A stretch of 64,000 nucleotides of DNA from an uncultured Clostridia bacterium (GTDB taxonomy: Bacteria; Bacillota; Clostridia; Christensenellales; UBA1242), in contig CALWPK010000001.1 of assembly GCA_944383415.1 (NCBI GenBank), forward strand, positions 103,107 through 167,106, given 5' to 3'. How positions within the stretch are numbered: position 1 is the first letter of the stretch; each line of letters starts with the position of its first letter. Made by a program: the position numbers and the translations under genes. Shown here piece after piece: positions 56,447 to 64,000 of the stretch. The notes beneath the pieces were generated by a model. It had not been told where the DNA came from. It saw nothing but the letters and a program-made list of their open reading frames with translations, and made no database searches.

Positions 56447-59400
56447 CTAGTTCTTAGTGTAGATATAATATAGTTCGTCCTCAGAGGTGGTCTTGGTGAA
56501 GGTCGCTGTGTTCTCGAGATAACTATTCGTGCTACCCTCTTCAATACAACTAATCAGCACCCGCACCTCTGTAGCACTTTGCAAAAGGCGTCCACACGAC
56601 GATGTGCTGGTAGCAGATTTGTACGCATAATTGCTCTCTATAGTCACACTGGTGAGACTGCTACAATCTTCGAATGCCCCCATTCCTATGCTGGTCACAC
56701 CTTCTGGTATGGTGATACTGGTGAGATTACTACAATCCTGGAATGCATAACTTCCTATGCTGGTCACACTATCTGGTATGGTGATACTGGTGAGACTGCT
56801 ACATCCATTGAATGCATACTCTCCTATGCTGGTCACTTGTTCGCCTATTGTTACACTGGTAATTGAAGTACATCTATAGAACGCATAAGCATTGATTGAT
56901 GTGGCTGTATCTATATTTGCCTCTGTCACCAATTCATTTCCATTTATATATAGATTCGCTCCATAGTATAATGGATTTGCTGAATTAACACCAAAGGATA
57001 TTGATACCCAATCATTGATATCTCCTGTATAATATACATCTGTGAGACTGGTACATCCTGAGAATGCAGAATTTCCTATGCTGGTCACACTATCTGGTAT
57101 GACAATACTCGTTATATTTGAATAGGCAAAAGAACCTCTGTGGCTTTGTCCATCCCAAGTGGCAGAATCAATTGCCATGATTTGATAGTCATCACCCTCA
57201 ATGATCGTACCATCTAGCGCTATAGAATATGTACTTGGGATCACTACCGCACCGCCCAGACCTGTATAATCAGTAATCACACCATCTTCAATCTCGAATG
57301 GATAGGCTACGACATAATCTCCATTCAACCAATAAAAAGAACTATAGGTAGATGTTAGATATTCAATAATTGTAACATTATTAGATAAATCTTCTGCAGA
57401 TATCCTAGATGTGCCGTAAGTAACATAAAAATGATTAGCCAATACCCAATTCCCAGATTTCATAAAATCGACGTTAGTCAGAGCACTGCTTCCATAGAAT
57501 GCATAAGCACCTATGCCCTCTATTGCTATATCATTTTCTATTTTTAATTCTTTTAATTGTATTGGAGTAATATCGCTTTCGACCAAAGTTCCGTCATCAT
57601 TAGAGACTTCGACTAAGAAATAACTTGGGATGCGTCTTACATTGCTGGTCACTGTGATGGTTACTGAATTGCTGAGTCCTATGAATGAATTTAAGGTCGT
57701 TTCGCAATTTGTCGCAGAAAATATTATCTCCTTGAGATTGCTACAGCCTGACAATATCCCTGTGCCTATGCTTGTGATGTTTTCAGATATCCGTATCGTC
57801 TCTATATCTGAATTGGCGAACACTCCGTCTGCTATGCCCGTCACCTCGAAATCGTCTCCGGCAACCACTGTACCTGTCCTGAATGGTGCGGTAGTGAATT
57901 TGATGCGATATATTTGATCCATCAGTTCTTCGTCCGTTATATCTGGGTTTTGTGCCTTCAGTTCTGCCTCTTTCTGTTCAAATATTGTCATCATTTGATT
58001 AAAAGTCTGCTCTGCTGAGGTCTGATTCTCAAGAGCAGTACCATCACTGAATGTTATGCTGAACGGCTTGCCTAATGACTCTGCTGTTATCATTGCATAT
58101 TGAATCGGAAATATTGCATATTCAACACTTTCCATTCCATCATCCATTCCGTTAAGAACAATCTCATAAGTGGCTCCATCTATCTGTATTGGGAAAAGAC
58201 TTTCATTTGTTTGCCAATCGGGATCTAATGTATTCATTGCTTCAGTAAATTCAAATATATTTTTATAGAAAGTACGTTCTCCACCATTAATAGTGCAATA
58301 AAATCCGCCTAAATACATTAACTTGAGTGCCATTGGAGCGTTTGCGAAATCGCCGTCAAAATTAGATAATTCCTCATAGGTCAGAGTTGCACTTCTGGTC
58401 TCTACCATATCTGCTAGTGAATATGTGCTTGGGAGAACTACGTATGTGTCTGTGCCCGTGTATGAGGTGATGATGCCGTCCTCTATAGTGAAGTCATAAC
58501 TCGCTTTGATCTCAGAGTCAAATATGGCTGTGTAGGTGATGTCTCCTGTCACTGGGTTTAGTTCTTGATCCCAGCCTGTGAAGGTATAACTATGGCTTGC
58601 GGTCTCCTCACGTGTAGGTGTCTCGCCGTTGTACTCTGGGGTGGTGCCATAAGGAACTAAGGTATCTGTCTCTAATGTACTGCCATCCCAGTTCTTCCAC
58701 GTTACTGTGAATTTCTGGATTTCCTCGCTATAGGTGACCACTAGGTTGCCTGTGATCTTATATTGATTCTCACTCCCCTCTACTTTCTCTGCTCCTGATA
58801 CAGAAAAAGCAGTGACATCGTGTCCCTCTGTGGTGTCATAAGTTATCTCTACTATATCTCCATAGTGAAGTGTGGCTGTGTTGGATAAATACAGATCTCC
58901 GAATTTCACATTCACTTGCTCTGGCTTGGATATCGTGTACTCTATATATTCTTCTCGGAAGTTGGCGAAGAGTTCTAGATCGGTCACTATGCGGGTTGTA
59001 CTTAGATCTACCTCGTTCCCTTCTGCATCTACCCAGCCTATGAATGTGTATGTGTATGTATGGGTGCTATGCTTGGTTGGTGTGACGCCTGTGTAGGTGC
59101 AGAGTTGGTTGTATTGTATATCTAGAGTCTGATACATCTCATTCTTCTCTAGGCTATCGTAGAATGTCACCTCATAGGTGTTGATCTCCACACCTTCTAC
59201 CTCTACTAGTGTGTCTCCATAGATTGTGAGAGTATAGTACCCTTCTTTATCTGGGGTGACTACTTCGCCATTCACTTTGACTGTGATATCGCTCTCGTCA
59301 TAACCTGTAGCGAGATTTAGTTTGAATCTATACTCCGTGTTGTACTCTATCTCTACCTGGTTGTTCACTATATCCTCGCCCTCAATGGTGAATGCTGGGC

Positions 59401-60037
59401 TGGTTGGGAAAGTCACCTTATATACATTCGCCTCATACTTGGCATATATGGTCATATTTTTATTTATCTTATCCGTATCTTTGTATGGCACAGTGAGTTC
59501 GGCATCCTTGTAGAACCCTACGAATGTATATCCCGTGATCTCTTGTGGAACTATGTCCTTGATCGTGCTACCACGATTGATATTTACTGTATACTCTTGT
59601 ATCACGTCAATATTGTTTGAGATATCTACCGACACCTTCCTTCTAGATAGGTATACTGCTGTAGGTATTGCTACGCTCGCTGTGACTAGCAAAACTACAG
59701 CAGTGGCTATCGCTGCTTTCTTTCGCTTGCTATTCTTACCTGCATTCTTCTTGATCCTCTCGCCCTGACTCTGTATACTGAAGTCGTCACTCGAACTGTT
59801 CCTCTCCACATTTGCCGTGTCTACAGCAACCTCTTGACCTTTCACTACCTCGTCAGTCTGCTTAGGTTCAGTCTTGGCACCTCTCTTGCTTGCACTCTGC
59901 TTACTAGCATTAGATTTCACTGCTCTTTCTTGAGTGGTGGCATTCGCTTTGCTTGCTTTCGATGTAGAGACTTTCTTCTCTACATCCTTTGCGTTTGTAT
60001 TCTTGGTTGACTTTGGTTTCTTTTCTTGATTTTCCAT
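56447..60037 (-). CDS. Large membrane-anchored surface protein: Listeria-Bacteroides (Flg_new) repeats plus BspA-type leucine-rich repeats
   Basis: K-rich N-terminus, a single TM (AAIATAVVLLVTASVAIPTAVYL), YTFVGFYKD/YTFIGWVD/YTFTGWDQ repeat motifs, and C-terminal repeats of the type IPDSVTSIGNSAFSGCTSLT. RBS AAGGAGA. Confidence 0.85.
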   Translation of the reverse strand: MENQEKKPKSTKNTNAKDVEKKVSTSKASKANATTQERAVKSNASKQSASKRGAKTEPKQTDEVVKGQEVAVDTANVERNSSSDDFSIQSQGERIKKNAGKNSKRKKAAIATAVVLLVTASVAIPTAVYLSRRKVSVDISNNIDVIQEYTVNINRGSTIKDIVPQEITGYTFVGFYKDAELTVPYKDTDKINKNMTIYAKYEANVYKVTFPTSPAFTIEGEDIVNNQVEIEYNTEYRFKLNLATGYDESDITVKVNGEVVTPDKEGYYTLTIYGDTLVEVEGVEINTYEVTFYDSLEKNEMYQTLDIQYNQLCTYTGVTPTKHSTHTYTYTFIGWVDAEGNEVDLSTTRIVTDLELFANFREEYIEYTISKPEQVNVKFGDLYLSNTATLHYGDIVEITYDTTEGHDVTAFSVSGAEKVEGSENQYKITGNLVVTYSEEIQKFTVTWKNWDGSTLETDTLVPYGTTPEYNGETPTREETASHSYTFTGWDQELNPVTGDITYTAIFDSEIKASYDFTIEDGIITSYTGTDTYVVLPSTYSLADMVETRSATLTYEELSNFDGDFANAPMALKLMYLGGFYCTINGGERTFYKNIFEFTEAMNTLDPDWQTNESLFPIQIDGATYEIVLNGMDDGMESVEYAIFPIQYAMITAESLGKPFSITFSDGTALENQTSAEQTFNQMMTIFEQKEAELKAQNPDITDEELMDQIYRIKFTTAPFRTGTVVAGDDFEVTGIADGVFANSDIETIRISENITSIGTGILSGCSNLKEIIFSATNCETTLNSFIGLSNSVTITVTSNVRRIPSYFLVEVSNDDGTLVESDITPIQLKELKIENDIAIEGIGAYAFYGSSALTNVDFMKSGNWVLANHFYVTYGTSRISAEDLSNNVTIIEYLTSTYSSFYWLNGDYVVAYPFEIEDGVITDYTGLGGAVVIPSTYSIALDGTIIEGDDYQIMAIDSATWDGQSHRGSFAYSNITSIVIPDSVTSIGNSAFSGCTSLTDVYYTGDINDWVSISFGVNSANPLYYGANLYINGNELVTEANIDTATSINAYAFYRCTSITSVTIGEQVTSIGEYAFNGCSSLTSITIPDSVTSIGSYAFQDCSNLTSITIPEGVTSIGMGAFEDCSSLTSVTIESNYAYKSATSTSSCGRLLQSATEVRVLISCIEEGSTNSYLENTATFTKTTSEDELYYIYTKN

Positions 60038-60088
60038 CTTATCTCCTTTGTATTAATTTGTATTTTCTGTACATTATTATACACTTAT

Positions 60089-60119
60089 ATTCTAATGCCC
60101 CCCCCCCTAGCCTTGTCAA
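60089..60119 (-). promoter_or_regulatory. Candidate promoter of the LRR gene with a G10 tract in its spacer
   Basis: On the minus strand: TTGACA (60119-60114), 19-nt spacer containing G10 (60107-60098), TAGAAT (60094-60089). A second TATAAT is at 60081-60076. Confidence 0.4.
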
Positions 60120-60462
60120 GTAAATTCAATATGCCATACGAAAATTTTATAATAAATTTTTATATATTTATATAATACCCACCCCAAAGAATGCGAAAAT
60201 GGGTCAAATTTGCCAGTTTCCATCCGCCCAAAACAAAAATTCAATCTATCCAATTCTACTAATCGCTCAATTGATCAAGACTATTAAAAAATTCAGGAAA
60301 CACATTAAATTGCCAATTGAAAATACAAAACACGCTCTATCAAATTTTTCAAGATTAAAAATCTATTCACAACCGATTTATTATTAAATATTTTTTTTGA
60401 TTTGTGCAATATTTATTTACTTTTGGAATTGTTTTTTATATAATACGAAAAATGGAGAAATT

Positions 60463-61731
60463 ATGAAAAAGATATTCCCTGATTACTCAGAAAACATCGC
60501 AGAATTCGGCGTGCACGACCCCTCTATCATTAAGTCGGCGGACAAATATTACACGATCTCAACGCACGGGTTTTTCCAATTCCGCGAGTCGCGTGACCTC
60601 GTCAACTGGGTGGATGCAGGGGATAGTTGCTTTGATAGTGAGAGCATCAGGCGTGAACTCAAGGACGGAATAGATTATTGCAAAGTGGACGGGCCTAAGT
60701 CTAGGCGTGACGGATCCCCATTTTGGGCACCAGATCTCGTGAAAATCGGGAGGAAATATTGTCTATACTACTCTATCTCGTCTTTCGGTAGTACGCAAAG
60801 TTTCATAGGGCTAGCAAGATCGGAAAATTTGCTCGGTGGGTACAAAAATGCAGGTTGCATAGTGAAATCTGCATTCGGAGGAGATATCACGCGTCCGAAC
60901 GCGATAGATCCGTGCGTGAGACGGGATAAGACGGGCAGATTGTGGATGAGTTTTGGCAGTTTTTTCGGCGGGATATATATCAAGGAATTGAATCGAACTA
61001 GCGGACTCGCCATTGACGAAAAAGATAACGGCATACACATTGCGGGCGGGATGATGGCGCCAGTGGAGGGCTCGTATATTATCTACAACGAAAAGACAGG
61101 CTATTATTATCTATTCATATCATTTGGCGGACTGACTGAGAGTTATAACGTGCGCGTGGCGAGATCAAAAAATATCACGGGACCATACCTTGACCCGCGT
61201 GGGAAGATTATGACGGATAGAGATTGGGATAGTCTCGGTGGAATGGTGATTGCAAACTATCATTTCGCTCACCAAAAGGATACATACACAGCACCTGGAC
61301 ACAATAGCATACTTCAGGATGGGGAAAAATTTTTCATCATCCACCACACGCGCCTGAATAGACGTGTGGACAAGCATTATTTGAACGTGCGCAGGATGTA
61401 TTTCAACGAACTAGGCTGGCCAGTCGTGATGCCGAATAGATACGCTTTCGACCGCCCTTATATGTCGAACAAAAATGTGAATGGAACGTATAATATCATT
61501 CACTTTAGACACATTACTAGCGCAGAGACTTTTGAATCCGAAAAGGTGAAAATTTCGCTAGACAAAAATATATTTAAGCATAATCAGTATGTCCGATTCA
61601 CTCTTGAAAATAAAACATATTTCGGCGTGATCTCTCGTGTGTATGATGAGGGACTAGTTGACTATACCATTGCTTTTGGTGCTATGGCTGGGGATGGCGA
61701 GACTGTGTTCGCTGTCAGGATAGGAGACTAG
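60463..61731 (+). CDS. Glycoside hydrolase family 43 (arabinanase/xylosidase-like), apparently cytoplasmic
   Basis: VHDPSIIK, FWAPDL and GSYIIYN... are five-bladed propeller catalytic-region motifs of GH43. The ATG at 60463 follows GGAGAA. The track TTG start at 60397 is unlikely. Confidence 0.8.
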   Translation: MKKIFPDYSENIAEFGVHDPSIIKSADKYYTISTHGFFQFRESRDLVNWVDAGDSCFDSESIRRELKDGIDYCKVDGPKSRRDGSPFWAPDLVKIGRKYCLYYSISSFGSTQSFIGLARSENLLGGYKNAGCIVKSAFGGDITRPNAIDPCVRRDKTGRLWMSFGSFFGGIYIKELNRTSGLAIDEKDNGIHIAGGMMAPVEGSYIIYNEKTGYYYLFISFGGLTESYNVRVARSKNITGPYLDPRGKIMTDRDWDSLGGMVIANYHFAHQKDTYTAPGHNSILQDGEKFFIIHHTRLNRRVDKHYLNVRRMYFNELGWPVVMPNRYAFDRPYMSNKNVNGTYNIIHFRHITSAETFESEKVKISLDKNIFKHNQYVRFTLENKTYFGVISRVYDEGLVDYTIAFGAMAGDGETVFAVRIGD

Positions 61732-62290
61732 CATCCCTCGCCCACTAACCTAGTATTGAACTTTTCATCATAAGTTGTTGACTTTCAATTTTTCAATGTA
61801 TACAAAAATGAAAATACGGTTTATAAAAGCGAATTGAGTTTCGATCATATCGTCTTTTTTCTAGACCAAAAACGTAAGAGAATGGGCGAAATTTCTTCGT
61901 ACCATATTTTTAATCTATGAAGGTTTCATAAAAACAAATTATGTTTTTCATTGCGTCTTTGTTCGATCTAAACTTGCGGTCAGACAAATTTCGTCTTTCT
62001 TGGAGGTTGCTTTGCCTGATCGACATCCAAATAAACGCTATATAATAGTCAGTAAAACTGCTCACAAACATAATTAATTTCGCAACAATGTTTCAAGCAA
62101 TCTTGCCTTCTCTATTTAAAATATCCACCGGCTCTTCTCTCTTCTTTGTTATTTCTTATCTTAAAATAATCCGGGAGATGAAAAGTACAGAGTGAAGAGG
62201 TGAAAAGCGAAAGAAGAAAAGTTAAAAACGAAGGAATAAGAGTACAAACAAAAATAACCCGCCCCTAATAAAAATAAGAGGTCTCCATAA

Positions 62291-63240
62291 GAACTTGATC
62301 GAAGTGGGAAGAGGAGCAACGGCGTCGAAACAAGTCTACAATTCATTTACTCGTAAACTCGTAAATTTCATCTTTTAGACTGTTTCTCCTTAGTCCCACT
62401 GCGTACCCTTTGGGCACTTGTGGGAGCCCTAATGTTACTTCGCTACGATTGCGCTATTTATAAGCAATCTGGCATAAGGTCGCAGTGCGACGAGGGCTCC
62501 CACAAACAACTTCCAACGCCACACCCCAATTTTATTCACAAGATAGTTGAAAACTATCGCAGTGAAAGAGGAGCAATCATCATAAGGATAAAATAATTTT
62601 GCATTCTACTTGTTTCTCTTACAAAATTATTTATTATATAGATGCATTGCGACGAGAAGTGGGATAGGCGAAACAATCGTCTATTAGTGAAGTTTTGCGA
62701 TTAGCAAAACGATAAAAAAGGCGATAAAACAAATATAAGGGCTCCCACGAGACGAATGTCGATGTGGGATAAAAAAATGACCGCCCAATAGGTCTATAAT
62801 TACGCAGTAATTTGACAAAAGGGCGATTTTTTCAAAAGGGCTCCCACAAGCACTAGTGCGATGTGGGATAGGCGAAACAATCGTCTATTAGTGAAGTTTT
62901 GTGATTAGCAAAAAGATAAAAAACGGCGATAAAACAAATATAAGGGCTCCCACGAGATCTAGTTCGAAGTGGGAAGAGGAGCGACCGAACAAAAGGCTTA
63001 TATTCGCCTAAACATCGTTTAGCGAATTTGCAAAAGTTCGAGTCGCGACGAGGGTTCTCACGAGACGAATGTCGATGTGGGATAAAAAAATGACCGCCCA
63101 ATAGGTCTATAATTACGCAGTAATTTGACAAAAGGGCGATTTATATATAGGGCTCCCACAAGCACTAGTGCGAAGTGGGATAGGCGAAACAATCGTCTAT
63201 TAGTGAAGTTTTGCGATTAGCAAAACGATAAAAAAAGACG
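62291..63240. repeat. Mosaic array of hairpin unit H alternating with modules B, C and D (order: half-H, B, H, C, H, B, H, D, H, C, H, B)
   Basis: H copies are at 62739-62769, 62838-62868, 62944-62974, 63052-63082 and 63150-63180, with an inverted H at 62394-62429. B occurs 3 times, C twice, D once, and there is a degenerate D start near 62305. There is no ORF. Confidence 0.88.
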
Positions 63241-64000
63241 AATTGCTTCGCCTTGGTGCGGATTGAGGCAATTTGCACGAACTTTGAGGATTAGATAAAG
63301 CAGAATTAATCTGCTTTTCCGTTTTAATGTTTTCTTCAACTGTAAATTTTGGTGGAGTTGGATTGTTTGTATAATTAAACAGTATAACTACTGCATCATT
63401 ATACAAATAGATTTCTCTAACAAATGTATTGACTAAGAGTTTTCGTATTTTAATGTCGCTTGTATCTTCAAATACTTGCTTTCGTAAAAATTGGTCAATA
63501 TCTTCCTTTGTTAAAAGCAAATTGTTTTTATGTTTTTCTTTTGTGATTTCAATTTTTATTTGTTCAAGTTCTGTTTCAAGTTCACTCAAACGACTTTTTG
63601 TCATTTCGGTTATTATTCCTTGCTCAATCGCTTTAATCATATTTTGACAAGATTTATTTATTTCCTTTTCTCTTTGTTCTAGTAGTTTCAAGTTTGCATT
63701 ATCATTTGCATGTTGTTTGTGGTATTCAAAAATTTTATCGGTTAAAAACTGTGTGTTTTCTTCGCTATTAAGTGCTTTAGATATTGCTTGCATAACAAAA
63801 TCTTCAAGTTCTTGCTTTTTAAGTGATTTCATATTGCAAGGACCTAACTTTTTTCTTCGTGAGCCGCAAACATAGTAATAGTGGATATCTTTTGTATGGC
63901 TTGTCCCACTTTCACCATACATTTTATGTTTACATTCTCCGCATATAAGTTTGCCAGAGAGAATATAGTCATAAATCTCTTTTTTTCTACTAGGTGCAAT
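63200..64000 (-). CDS. Large serine recombinase (C-terminal recombinase/zinc-ribbon/coiled-coil part). The N-terminus runs off the window at 64000.
   Basis: The frame is open to the window edge: ...YILSGKLICGECKHKMYGESGTSHTKDIHYYYVCGSRRKK (zinc beta-ribbon) followed by a long coiled-coil. The last ~15 codons read into repeat module B. Confidence 0.85.
   Translation of the reverse strand: MAPSRKKEIYDYILSGKLICGECKHKMYGESGTSHTKDIHYYYVCGSRRKKLGPCNMKSLKKQELEDFVMQAISKALNSEENTQFLTDKIFEYHKQHANDNANLKLLEQREKEINKSCQNMIKAIEQGIITEMTKSRLSELETELEQIKIEITKEKHKNNLLLTKEDIDQFLRKQVFEDTSDIKIRKLLVNTFVREIYLYNDAVVILFNYTNNPTPPKFTVEENIKTEKQINSALSNPQSSCKLPQSAPRRSNSSFFIVLLIAKLH

Noticed and set aside
62291-63240. A regularly spaced ~31-nt repeat alternating with 55-85-nt segments looked like a CRISPR array.
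   Set aside because: The would-be spacers are themselves repeated (B 3 times, C twice). The repeat interiors vary between copies. Spacer lengths are too long and uneven. No cas genes are in the window. The same modules also occur singly inside a T-box leader and at a gene remnant. It is therefore better described as a mosaic REP/BOX-like repeat.
61732-63250. A skin-like intervening element splitting a sporulation gene, given a large serine recombinase in a spore former.
   Set aside because: The DNA flanking the recombinase on the left is non-coding mosaic repeat. No truncated sporulation gene half is visible in the window. This cannot be excluded for the unseen right side.
1-64000. tRNA, rRNA, tmRNA, RNase P RNA or SRP RNA genes.
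   Set aside because: I found no cloverleaf-compatible segments with GTTCGAATC-type T-arms and no rRNA-like conserved blocks in the non-coding regions. A covariance-model scan would be needed to be certain.

Overview
This looks like a chromosomal segment of a low-GC, endospore-forming Firmicute, probably a Clostridia-like anaerobe. That is inferred from gene content only, since no database search was possible. Recognisable genes include spoIIE (partial, at the window edge), pheS-pheT behind a Phe T-box leader, and a gerA-type germinant-receptor operon. Also present are cotJC, a P-type ATPase, sleB-ypeB, spoIIR, an amidase, an [FeFe]-hydrogenase, veg-hisS, spo0A, a SpoVID/SipL-like LysM protein, lysS, a gpsA-like gene, and the origin-proximal cluster rpmH-rnpA-yidD-yidC-jag, which has no dnaA next to it. 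Three very large envelope proteins are encoded (1486, 2705 and 1196 aa). The right-hand part (about 53-64 kb) looks accessory: two SIMPL proteins, a gene fragment, a BspA-type LRR protein, a GH43 hydrolase, and a large serine recombinase that runs off the window. No tRNA, rRNA, CRISPR array or cas genes were seen. The most unusual signal is non-coding: a modular hairpin repeat family. Its unit H is GGGCTCCCAC-N13-15-GTGGGA, and it alternates with recurring modules B, C and D. Copies form a roughly 0.95 kb array next to the recombinase gene, sit inside the pheS T-box leader, and lie at a truncated yloV-like gene. Different copies show compensatory stem changes. Other items worth a second look are 80-bp tandem repeats that reiterate the pheS 3' end, a C10/G10 tract in the putative promoter spacer of the LRR surface-protein gene, a 406-aa protein with a divergent diadenylate-cyclase-like domain, four ORF-free extremely AT-rich islands, and degenerate tandem repeats in several intergenic regions. 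All functional calls rest on motif recognition by eye and need HMM or BLAST confirmation.
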